A DNA stretch of 34,526 nt from Catajapyx aquilonaris (lineage: Eukaryota): NCBI GenBank assembly GCA_000934665.2, contig JYFJ02004138.1, positions 1-34,526 on the forward strand, given 5' to 3'. Positions 10,298 through 23,100 of this stretch are shown here, in pieces. The position numbers and the translations under genes are program-made. Each line of letters begins with the position of its first letter. Position 1 is the first letter of the stretch. The notes under the pieces are model-generated. The model worked only from the letters and a program-made list of their open reading frames with translations, did no database searches and was not told where the DNA came from.

Positions 10298-13200
10298 CTA
10301 CAGACAAGGCAATGTGGTGAAATTGGTGTATCTGAATTGCCCCATTCTTCCTCCGGGTGTGACTGCTCCGACCCTGAAGGAATACGCGACACAGGGATCA
10401 GCAGAAACAGTCCGATAGTTTACAGACACACGTCTATAGACATGCGGCCATTCTTCGTTCGTCTTCTTCATCTGGAAGTAATAGGCAGCGTTGCAAGTCG
10501 AGTCCTTCGGGATGCCCCATTTGACCAGGAGAGAGTTGCTCGGGAGACCCTCGAACTCCATCTCACCAGGTTCACCAGGCACTGTTGGAAATACAGGCAC
10601 GTGGTAATCCCTTCAGATGCATAGATTCACATTGTGCTATACCTTCTTCCATGAAGGGAACTGGCCATATTTTGGCAATGTCTCCTATTTTCCCATCAGA
10701 ACCTTGCAACTGTAGAGTGACCGTGTAGTTCTGACAAGGGGACAGCCTTTGAGGAACAACGAAAGTGCAGACACCGCCTTGTGCGCACACGTCGCTTGTG
10801 TTCATGTCCTTCCAAAACACAGTTCGGTTCGATCCAACTACTGTCACAAAAACGCTTTTTGCAATCTCCAAATTGCACAACCTGATCTGGAAGCTGACGA
10901 CCATCAAAGAATTGGTCGCGTTTGCTGCAGACATGTTCGTCATTGCATCTGAAATTGAACGCAAACTCTTTTGAAATCTGATTGTCACAAGTAAAATGCA
11001 ATATTACTTACTCCAAGGAGAGGTGCAATAATTGGCGAATTTGCATGGTCCCTTTTCACCTCGAAGTGTTTCGGGACATATTCGCACGTTGTAATCCACG
11101 TCAGGTTGCACTTCTGTGATGTCAAAGGTGTCGTTTGTTTCGTGATTTGCATCGGTCCAGTTGTGATCTGCTTGCTTAATCTGCACTTTGTACTGGTCAA
11201 CACAAGCAGGGTTCACTTCCGGGGGAGACCAGGCTGACCACAAAAGGTTTCCGGGCAATTCCTCAAACCCGACGGACCCTGGTTCTCCAGAGACTGTCCA
11301 TAAAATAAGAGTGTTAATGACATAAAATGTGTATACATTTACAGGGAATGATTACCTTCTTCATCCATGGTCACAGGTCCTATTTTGGCTGATTTCCCGT
11401 ACTTTCCTTTCGTATTGTACGTCTTGATCGTAAATGTGTACGTCTTACATGGTGACAGGCTCTCCGGAAATGTGAAGTTGCAATTAACATCGTGGCAAAC
11501 TTTCTCTTTATCCATATCAGCCCACACAAGCATTTCGTTGTCTGTTGATGCCACCACGAATATATTCTTAATCTTATCGACCGTGCATGACCTCAGGTCA
11601 AACCTGAGGGACGCATGAGTTGAATTTAGTGCCTCTGCCTCTAAATGTATCACCGGATCTGAAACAATGCTCAATGAACATATAGGAATCAGAGTGGACA
11701 ATAGTACATACCTGCAGTGGAAGTGCAGTAAGTGCCATGTACGTAATTCCCTCGTTGACCTTTAGGCGTGACAGCCCATACTCGCACCATGTAATCGACA
11801 TCTGATTGCATATTAGTGAGGTAATACTTGTTGTTGGTAGCCACTGACGAATTTGTCCAATCGGAATCGAATTCCTTAATTTGCAAATAGTACTCTAGTA
11901 CGCATGTTGGGTTACGAACTGGTTGGGACCATCTGATCAGAAGCTCGTGCTCTGGAAGTTCCTCAAATGTCAGCTGAACCGGTTCGCTTGGAACTGTCAT
12001 AAAGATGGCAGGGCATGAAAGTGATTACACAAGTACATTACATATAGGCTACAAGTAAAGGCAGCTCACCTTCTTCCATCAACGTGACAGGACCGCTAAT
12101 GACAGGATCGGTTATGTTTTCAACGTTGCTGTACATCGTCACTGAAATATTATACACATTGCAAGGAGAAAGATCCTGAGAGTAATTGAAATTGCAGTGT
12201 CGACTTTTGCAGGCTGATGTCATGTTCAGATAGCTCCAAGAAATCAAGTTGTTCTCTTTGAAGGCTTCCACAAACACGTTGGTAGCAAAATGACTGATGT
12301 CATCCTCTATGTCGAACCGTATCTCCACTTGGGTGGAACTGACGACATAGGCGGTGACATTCGCGACCTCTTGACCTTCTTTACGCGTCCTAGTGAAGAT
12401 AACTACCTTTTCAGACAGCCCTACTGAGTTGTTGGCAACCACTTCGCACTCGTAGTTGGTTAAAGGCCTGAGGTTTGTTATCCAGCAATGCGACAACAGC
12501 TCGTCTGCATGATGCTCACTCCTGCACACCCTTTCCGAGTGACCTGACCTGGATGAGCAGTTGACCTGAAGGTCAGGCTCCCCACACTTACCGACATCAG
12601 GCTGATACCACACGATTTGCACCGAGTGTGACTTTACAAGGCCGATCCCAGCATTAGGCTTGGGCGGTCCTGCAATTAATTATTAATTGTTCATCATGTT
12701 GTACAGTACAGTACGAGTAAATAGTTCACTTACGAAATGGTCCTATAGAAAAATGAAAGGGTTGACTGGCCAGCTCCTGCTGGTGCTCGGTTGCGAATTC
12801 ATAGACTACGGCCTCGTATTGCTCGCAAACTTTGATGTCATTGTCAATAATTGTCATACTGGTGCTGTCAGGAGATGTGGTATTAAAAAACACTTCATTT
12901 CTATTATGAAACACTGCAACTCGATATTTCGCCACGCATTCTGGCGCATTAGCTGGATGGTTCCATATTAATTTTGTAGAGTTGTATGTGGTGTCGGTAG
13001 TGGACACTATTACAGGAGCGCTGGGTGCTAAAATGCAGTACAAACAAAGTATATAGTACATAACGTTTTGTTTCAATTGAATATTTACTGACATCTAAAT
13101 CCTGAGATCCACGATATGACTGCAGCCTCTCCAGCAGTGTCACCTTCAAGTGTGATTCCTGTCACGCTTATGGTGTAGTTGGTGCAGGGTCGTACATTGT

Positions 13201-16200
13201 GAATCTGATGTGATCTGGCAGTGCTGTCAACCCTCAACTGGACAACTTCTCGTTCCCAATCGTGTCCCCAACTATATTCAATTCCATACTGACCTATGCA
13301 GCTTGAAGCTTCTTGGCGATTCTTCCAGGCGATTTTAATTGTTCGGGAATATTGCGTGATTTGCAGATCTTCCGGTCTGCTTGGTACTTGTAGGGAAAGA
13401 AAATGCAGGGTTAGTAATTCCTGCATACAGGATGAGTCTTAACTTCGTCACAATAATTAGTTAACCCTACTTGAATCCTTCGTGTTACTGGTGATGGTGA
13501 CTGCAGATGCATTTGGATAGTCACGGTACAGAGATGTTACGCTGAAGTTGTACACTGTGCAAGCTTCCAGGCCGGTTAGTACACACTTGCACGAATCTTT
13601 GTCGCATGTTACTCTTTCGGTTTTGCTCGAGGCATTGACTGTGTACATGTCGGTAAAGCAAACTGGAGCTGTCCAGTAAAAAGTGGAGTTGGAGGACCAG
13701 GTGTCGACCTGAAAATTTCTCACCATGTGATCGGTGTCTGAAAAGAATGTTTGATTTAATGAATGTACCCATTTGAAGTAATTCAAAACTAACCATTTCC
13801 AATAACTTTTTCATTGAAGATTGTTGCGTAAGAGTTGCTCATCTGACCGTCCAGTGTCACTGCCCAAATTTGGACGTCGTACTCATTGCAACCTTGCAGG
13901 TCAGTCAGAATCAGCTTCTTGTTAGCAGTGGTTTCATTTGTGCCGTGTTCACTTCCGGATGGTTGGTACCAGACGATGTAATGGTCCGCACATTGAGGAT
14001 GCTTTTTTGGCCTGCTCCAGCCAAGTTCAAGAGTGTGCGGCTCATCAGAACTGGCTCTCAAACGAATAGGTCTGCTTGGAACTGATAATTTGCAAAATTG
14101 AAAAGAGAAATTTCCGTCTACTAATTAGTGCCTATAACTCACGGTATGTCTGGGTAATCACGCCGTTGCTTGAGTCGGACTTGTGCTGAAACTCGTCTTT
14201 TCCTTTAAGCCTCACTGACACGGCGAAGGAGTAGTTGGTGCAAGGTTCGAGGTGATTGCAAAACGCTGAAGTGCAATTAGCAGAGAAAAGGCTACCGTCC
14301 ACCGAACATATGTCACGGATGTTTGTAATTACACAATGGCTGCTTTCATTAGCATCAATTCTGACGGCTTCTATTAACTCTCCGCATTGACTGAACCCCC
14401 AGTCTAACGTGACGTTGAAAGGTCCATTTGCAGTAGCTCTTATTCCTTGAATAATCTCTTCAGATTCTGCAAAAAAAAAATGCGAGATATGACACCATAA
14501 TGCATGGCTTTTCCGCAATGGGGAACTAGCCTTCATTTTGGAAACTACATAATAAATTCGCCCATATTTTTTGGATTTTTTTGGCATATTCCGTTTTAAG
14601 ATATCAGTTCCCGTTCCGGAGTAATTGGGGTTTTTATGTAGGGAAGTGGTGACGTCACTGTTTCCCTAGAAAATGTTGACGTCACGCGAAGTGAAAGGAA
14701 CGCAAAAATGGTGTTATAGAACGCGCCCCGTCATTGTTGTAAAATGCTTCGCTGTTGTTAGCAACCGTCCCATTCCGTGAGCAAGATAGCGGCCGGGGCG
14801 CGTTTTTACTTCACGCCGCTCAATCAGCTAAGGGGCTGGCAGTGGTGCCAACTGGCAGGAATCATCTGTCACCCGAATTCGGCACATGAAGGCCCCCTTT
14901 TCTCCACCTCGATGGCCTACAGCCGCCTTGCGAATGCTTCCCGTCGTGTCCGCGGTTAATTCAAAGTCAAATTCCTCATATCTCGCAGTCAACCAGGCAT
15001 TTCAGTGTACCCTTTCGATTGGCAGCGGCGTTTTTCCCGCCAATTTTGAAGGCACTTTTAAATGTGCCGTAATTTATCCAGTAATGTCATTTTGATGCAA
15101 CAGAGTGATGGAATGTATGTTTACAGGCATGGGCTAGCTAGTTATGAACAAAAATCCCAAATCCCAGACCAAGGCTAGTTCCCCATTGTTCACACTCACT
15201 CATTGTAGTTGTGAAGGTGGACTTAATGTAAGGCCCAGATTTTTCCATCGGTGTTACTGGCCCGACATATACTTCGTATTCAACACAAGGAACCACACTT
15301 GCTGCAAAAGTGGTTTTGTTGGTTACTATTTTATTGGTCCAATTTTGGCCGGTACTTGTCTTCATCTGCACGTAATATCCAGCAACACACTCGATGTTTC
15401 TCAGCGGAGGAAGCCACGATATTTCTACTTGGTTGTTTGATAGCTCTTGGATTGTGATATTTGGCGGTGAACTAGGGACTGAGAGATTTGACTTGTTAAA
15501 ATATAGTGTGAATATTTCTGAAGAACGTGTTTGGGAATGGCCGTACTCACATTCTTCCGCTACAGTGACAGCGACAGTGTCTTCTCCTGGCAGTAGACCT
15601 TCTTCCGAAAATAACTTGACAGTAACGTTGTACAGCTTGCATGGAGTGATATCTTTACTGATTGAGTAATTGCATCTACCGATAATTTTGTTACAAACAG
15701 TAGGCAAATCATCATCATGAATTGTTTCGTTGTAACTTGTCAAAATTGTTCTGATACCGCTGGCCATCTTCATAGCGCACTTTCCAATATCGAATTGAAC
15801 CTCAATCGATTTTGAGGATATGGACCAGGCAGACAAGTTTACGACGGTGTCTGAAAAGTCAATCGTTGTTATCATAGCAGCATACTTGTACAGAGCAATA
15901 ACTTACATTCATCTGATTTCCCAGGTAAATATATGCTGGATTCATTTTCATAATTGTCCTGACCAGTGTAGAGAGCGGCTACGGAAATTTCGAAGTCAAG
16001 GCACACATCCAGAGGTTGGCAAAACTTTGAATGGCATGCACCATGTTCGTCGCAGGCTCCGGTATGGTTGGCAAAGCAAGTCAGGGCATTGTCACCAGGT
16101 GTTTTGGAGACGGCTGTCAGCCTGTATCGTGACAGATAGGCCGGCTTACACGAAGGGGACATCCAACGAACATGGGCCAGTTCATTATCAACATGCGAGT

Positions 16201-16603
16201 GTCTCGTTACGGTCAGATTCCTCACGATTTGACCACCATCTACAAGAGGCGAGAAGAAAAATACACGTGAACACTATACCAAACTAGGTGATTGCAAACA
16301 CTATAATTGCCCTAACCAGTACCTGGACATGGCTTAATGTTGGTTGATGAAATCATTCTTCTTGACGATGTGTGAGATGGGCCAATAATCGGCCAGTAAT
16401 ATGTCCTGCCCTTAAATAGTTAGGAAAATTTACAATAATTACTGGTAGAATTCACCTGACATCAAGCATGACGTTATTGGCAAAAGGTCATGACTGTATG
16501 ACCTTATATTAATAATAATAATACTTACCTTATTTTTAACCTGTCCATATGAGTTAGCCCACCACAAAACACTTAGCAATAACAGTGTTCTTGTCACTGC
16601 CAT
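10298..16603 (-). CDS. FN3-B: secreted multi-FN3-like protein, 16 coding exons, 15 domains, ~1530 aa; paralog of FN3-A
   Basis: Exons: 16603-16529 (or 16541; signal MAVTRTLLLLSVLWWANSYG), 16410-16323 (GRTYYWP...SSRRMISSTNIKPCP), 16239-15907, 15850-15551, 15478-15200, 14466-14143, 14081-13794, 13737-13471, 13386-13093, 13027-12734, 12669-12070 (two domains), 11993-11712, 11658-11356, 11293-11012, 10948-10643, 10581-10298 (TAG). Internal domain exon lengths are all multiples of 3. Exon order is collinear with FN3-A exons 4-17. No transmembrane segment. Confidence 0.88.
14516..15188. mobile_element. Non-autonomous DNA transposon (~670 bp, 18-bp TIRs) in FN3-B intron 5
   Basis: Perfect inverted repeat CAATGGGGAACTAGCCTT (14516-14533) and AAGGCTAGTTCCCCATTG (15171-15188). 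It accounts for the only long intron of FN3-B. No clean TSD, so the superfamily is not assigned. Confidence 0.75.
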
Positions 16604-17105
16604 TTCTGACCACCTTTCCCTACTCGTGTCTTGTGGATGGACTGAGCTGGTGTATAGGATTTGACAAACATGGACAATACGACGCAATGATTGTCTTTTT
16701 ATTGTGACGTTTTAGTGGATAACCGGATAAGATCGGGGCATCCTCAGAACAGAACAGGACAAAACAATAATATCTAATCGGCCATAACAGTACCGTACAA
16801 CAATGAAACCTAAAAGAATGTGCAAGTCCAACAAGTGTGAAATCGGCTTGATTTATAATAGCGTTGATTCCACATCAATAAAGTAGAATTCAATCAATTT
16901 GCGTTCGTATCGCAAAAATTGGGGAAATGGCGCCTGCACTAATTTTTCTATATACACGTACGAAATATTCCCGCATATTTTTATCTCATTGCGATAAATT
17001 AAGATTATGCGGATACAATGTACGACAAGTTGTGCAGGAATGCGGCTAATGAAGGACAGGCGCAATATTTTCTCTGACTGCAATTTATTTTATTTTATTG
17101 AAATA

Positions 17106-20100
17106 TCAATTGCATGAAGGCGTTGTGGTGAAATTGGCGTATCTGAAGTGCCCCATTCTTCCTCCGGATGTGACTGCATCGACCCTGAAGGAATACTCGA
17201 CGCAGGGACGCACTGAAACCGTCAAATAATTAACATCAACACGGCTGTACAGAGACGGCCATTCTTCGTCACTCTTCTTCATCTGGAAGTTATAGGAGCC
17301 GACGCAATAAGCAGAATCCTTCGGGATGCCCCATTTCACCACCAGAGAGTTGCCTGGGAGATCCTCAAACTCCATCTCCCCAGGTTCACCAGGCACTGTT
17401 GGAAAGATAAGTACGTGTAATAACAATGGAGAGTATAAATAAATTCATTCAGCACCTTCTTCGCTGTAAGGAAAGGGGCCTATTTTGGCAATGTCTCCGA
17501 TTTTTCCATCAGAACCGTACAACTGCAGTGTGACCGTGTAGTCCACACACGGGTACATCTTTTGAGGTATGGCCAAGTTGCAATTGATACCTTGACACAC
17601 GGTGATTATGCTAAACTCTCCCAAAAACACCAATCTGATTCCCATAGCCGCCGTTACCAGGACGGTTTTCGCAATATCCAAATTGCACAGCCTCAATTGA
17701 AAGCCTATCATCGGATTGGTCGTGTTCGTTGCGTTAACAGTCAAATTGACCACAGAATCTGGAATTAACATTTCACGTTTTAAGTTAAACTCTGGTACAC
17801 TATGCTATATTTTAAGGTGTAAATATTTTCAATTAATTTATACCCGAAGGCGTGCTGCAGTAGTTTGCGAATTTGCATGGACCTCGTTCATCCAAAAATG
17901 TTTCGGGACATATTCGCACGTTGTAATCCAAGTCCGGTTGCACCTTCGTGATGTCAAAGGTGTCGTTTGTTTCGTGATCTTCATTGGTCCAGATCTGATC
18001 TTCTTGCTTAATCTGCACTTTGTAGTGGTCAACACAAGCAGGGTTTACTTCCGGGCTAGACCAGGCCATCCAGAGAAGGTTTCCGGGCAATTCCTCAAAC
18101 TCGACTGATCCTGGTTCGCCAGAAACTGCGAAAAAATTTATTTAACAATGCATTCAGAAAACCGAAAAAAATGGCAAATACCTTCTTCCATCATGGTAAC
18201 AGGCATTGTTGTTATCGTTTTGCCGTACTTTCCTTCTGAAGTGTAGGTCTGTATCGCAAAGGTGTAAGATTTACATGGGAACAAGCTCTCCGGAAAGGTG
18301 AAGTAGCAATTATTTTTTAAGCAAACTTTCGATTTGGACAGGTCTGCCCACTCAACTTTCTCGCTGTCTGTTGATGCCACTACGAATATTTTCTCGACCT
18401 TATCGGCCGTGCATGACCTCAGGTCAAACCTGAGGGACGCATGAGTTGAATTTAGTGCCTCTGCCTCTAAATGTATCACCGGATCTGAAACAGTGCTCAA
18501 TGAACATATAGGAATCAGAGTGGACAACAGTACATACCTGCAGGGGAAGTGCAGTAAGTGCCATGAACGTAATTCCCTCGTTGACCTGTAGGCGTGACAG
18601 CCCATACTCGCACCATGTAATCGACGTCTGATTGCACATCAGTGATGTAATATGTGTTGTTGGTAGCCACTGACGAATTGGTCCAATCGGAATCGAATTC
18701 CTTAATTTGCAAATAGTACTCTAGTACGCATGTTGGGTTGAGAACTGGTTGAGACCATCTGATCAGAAGCTCGTGCTCTGGAAGTTCCTCAAATGTCAGC
18801 TGCACCGGTTCGCTTGGAGCTGTAACAATCATATCAAAATGTGACTGGTGAGAACTGACAGCAATTGTGAAGGCAACTCACCTTCTTCCATCAATGTGAC
18901 AGGACCGATGCCCACAGTGTTGCTGATATTCCCTACATTACTGTACAGAGTGACCGTAAAATTATAGACATTGCAAGGAGAAAGATCCTGAGAGTAAGTG
19001 AAATTGCAGTGTCGACTTTTGCAGGCTGATGTCACGTTCAGATAGCTCCAAGATATCATGTTGTTCTCTTTGAAGGCTTCCACAAATACGTTGGTAGCAA
19101 ATTGACTGATGTCATCCTCCATGTCGAACTGGATTTGCACCATTGTGGAACTGGCAGCATAAGCCGTGATATTTGCAATCTCGTGACCTCCTCCATGCGT
19201 TCTGGTGTCAAGAATGACCTCATCTGATTGCCCACCCGAATTGTTGGCAACAACTCTGCACTCGTAGTTGGTAGACGGCTGTAGGTTTTCTATCCAGCAC
19301 TGTGACAACTCTCCAACCGAACTGTTGCTCCTGCACACCCTTTCCGAGTGACCAGCTGACCTGGACGAGCAGTTGACCCGGAGGTCAGGCTCCCCACACA
19401 GGCTGTCCTTACTGATATCAGGCTGGTGCCACACAATTTCCACTGAATATGTTGTAACGAGGCCAATGGCAGCGTCAGGCTTGGGTGGTCCTGAAGTAAT
19501 TGTTTATCATTATACATGTATAAACAAATTGAATGCTGTACACATAATGACTTACGAAGGGACATAGTAGTGAAATCAAGCTGCTTGCTTTCACTTTTGT
19601 AGCTCGTGCTGAATGCAGTGACTGCAGCCTGGTATTGTCCGCAGGCTTTGAGACCACTGTCAACATTCTGAGAAGTAACATCGCTCAGTACATTTGCAGT
19701 AAACACTTGCATTTCTTTATAATACACTGTAACATTGTAACGCCGCACGCATTCGTATGCAATGTCAGGAGGCTTCCACTGTATGTCAGCAGAGTTATAG
19801 GAGGTGCCAGCGGCGCTTATTATTGCAGGAGGACTGGGAGCTGAAATGTAACAAATTAGTCATATCATAAGTTATGACAAGCCCTGCTTCAAAATTTGGG
19901 CAGTACCCTCTTCCTGTGTGCTTGTGGTATTGGAGGCTGCTGTGCCTGGCCTCCCGCCGATAGTGATACCCACCACTTCTACGCTGTAATTGGTGCATGG
20001 ATGCAGACCATGCAGCAAAACGGTTAGGGTTGAATTAGAAACAGTCTGGTTATCGCCGTCTCCATATGCACTCCAGTGTGAAACATTATAATGATCGATG

Positions 20101-23100
20101 CACTTCGAAGCCTTTTCGGGTGCCGTCCATGAAACTGTGATGGAACTATTAACACTGCTGACAAGTTTTAGGTCTCGCGGATCACTCGGTACTAAAATTG
20201 AAAGATTGTACGTAATTAATGCACTGCCACTGAATAATCCAGCAACATGACGTACTTGTTTCTTTCGTTTCATGTGTCATTGCAGCTGCAGGAGCATCGG
20301 GATAATCATCATACAAAGCTGTTACGCTGAAATTGTACATAGTGCAAGCTTCCAATCTCTTCATTTGATACTCGCATGACGCTTCATTGCAAGTGATGTT
20401 GTGTTCTCGTCCGTCCGAGGCCTTCAGCACATAGTCTGAGTTGTTGCAAACTGGTGCGTCCCATTGCAGAGTAGCGTTGTAATATCCAGTGTGGACATGT
20501 AAGTTGCTGACCGTGTGCTCGGTTTCTGAAAATATTTCATTTAATTACAAAATACTCAACAACGTTACACCATTGTCTCACCATTTCCCATAACTGCTTC
20601 ATGATTAATCTTTGCATATTTGGTGCTGTTTTTCCCGTCGATTGTCACTGCCCATACTCTGACGTCGTAAGCCTCACAGCCTTGCAGGTCCTTCAGAACC
20701 ATATTCATTTGAGTAGTTCTTACAGTCTCGTAGAGTTCGATCTTATTGGATGGTCCGTACCAGACGATGTAATGATTTACACACTGAGGGCCAGTTGCAC
20801 CGACCTCAGTATATCTTGGAACCTCGGGTATATCAAGAATTGCCATAGCAATCATTGTTGACCAACAATGATTGCTATGGCAATTCTTGATATACCCGAG
20901 GTTCTAAGATATATTGAGGTCGGTGCAACTGGCCCTGAGGATACATTTGAGGCTTGCTCCAATTCAGGGATAGAGTGTGCGGGTTGTACGAACCGGATCT
21001 CAAATGAAGGGGTTTGCTTGGAGCTGCAGCAATTCAAATTAAGGTAATATAACGCGTTATAAAATTAATGTCGGAACAGTACAGGAAAATTGAGACTCAC
21101 CTAAAGTCTTAGTTGTGATGACATTACTGGGGTCCGACTTGTTCTGGTACTCACTCCTTCCTTGAAGTTTCACCGACACACTGAACGTGTAATTTGTGCA
21201 AGGTTCGAGTGTCAGGCAAACAGGGGAGGAGCATGTTGCTGTGAAAGTGCTGTTGCCCACTGAACAGACATCTTTTGTGATGTTCATTTCACAGTGATTG
21301 TTGTCACTAGCGTCTTTTCGTATGGATTCTAGCAGCTCTCCACATTGACTGAAACTCCAGTCTAAGGACGCATTGAAAGGACCCGTTGCCGTAGCGTTGA
21401 GATCAGTAATTACTTGTCCAGGCTCTGTGGAAACATAATTTTAATTACCATTGATTCAGAGAATGAACACGATTCAGTGATATTTTCAGTGTCGCTTTTT
21501 AAAAAAACACACACACACACCTTTATGTAATGGAGTTTGTAGCACTGAAGCTGCAGTTGATAAATGGAAGGTCTATCGGATTTTACCAGTCGTAGGCAAC
21601 AGTTAACCAGCAATAGATTTTGTCTTCACCAACATGGTCAAATATTTGTTTTGGATTATCTTAAACTGTCCTTTTGCAATTAGTGTGTTTCTCATGTATG
21701 TACGTACACGACGCATAGCTATATGATTCAAAAGGTATCCTGCACTAAAATAATCGTTTTGCTCTAGATTACTATGTAGGCCTACTGGCTATACTATATA
21801 TGTACTAGTATATACTATACTATATATGGCTATACTGGGATGAGCCAAAGTACAGGAGGCTACTTTTTGTGCTGAATGATTCAACTCTCAAAATGAGGCC
21901 ACAAGTTAGTTACATATGGGCATGATAAAATCTGACATAAAGGGTGTGTAACCTACAGTGATTGTTCTTATGCACTTACTCATGATCGTGGTGAAGGTGA
22001 TGTTGCTGTATACTCCAGCCTTTCCCTTTAGTGTGTCCGCCCCAACACGAACGACATATTCGACGCAAGGTAACACTTCTTCCGTAAAATTGGTGTATGT
22101 GGTATGGTTTTTGTAGGTCCATTTTTGGCCGGTGGGCCTACTTGGCTTCATCTGCACGTAATATCCAGTGACACACTCGATGTTTTTCGAGGGAGGAAGC
22201 CACGATATTTCCACCTGATGTTGATTTGTTGGCTCAAGGATTTTGATGTGTTGCGGCGCGCTAGGGGCTGAGAGAGGAATTAGACTTGTTAAAAATCTGC
22301 TGTGAGGTATTTAATGCATGAATATTCCTGAAACATATGCACGGGAAAGGCAGCACTCACGTTCTTCTGCGATTGTGACAGGTCCAACAGTGTCTTCTCC
22401 CAATAGACCTTCATCCGACCATAACTGAACAGTCACGTTGTACTGCTTGCATGGAGTGAGGAGTTTAGTGGTGGAGTAATGACATCTACTGCTATTTGTG
22501 TTGCAAACAGTAGTAATATCTTCATCCTCAGTGAGTGTTTCGTTGTAGCCTGTCAATAGAGTTCTGATACCCCTGGCTGCCTTCAGAGCGCACTTTCCAA
22601 TATCGAATTGAATCTCAATCGTCTTGAGGCTTGTGGACTTGGCAGTCAAATTCACGATGGCCTCTGAAATTTCGCTTTCCATTAATGCAACAATGTTCGA
22701 TAATAACGATATAATATCTTACCATCATCTGCATATGATGCTGTAGCAGGTAAGTCGACTGAGGCCTCATGTCCGTAACTCCGGGAGTCATTGTAAGATA
22801 TGCTGACGCTGAGGGTGTAATCGAGGCACTTGTCCAGCGGGTGACAAAAATTAATACTGCAGGAAGTGTCGTCACATGCATCGGCGTTGCTTGTGTAGCA
22901 AGTTAGCTTGCTCTTTTTTGAAGTCTTTGGAGTTGCAGACAGCATATACTCTGACACGTAAACCTGGTTGCATGAAGACAGAGTCCAGGTAAAGAATACG
23001 CTTCTTTCCTCCTCGTCATCGTAATCGCCATCATCACTTGATATATGCAGGTTGCCGACTGTGTCATTAAGACCTGCGAACAACGCAACATAAATGCAAT

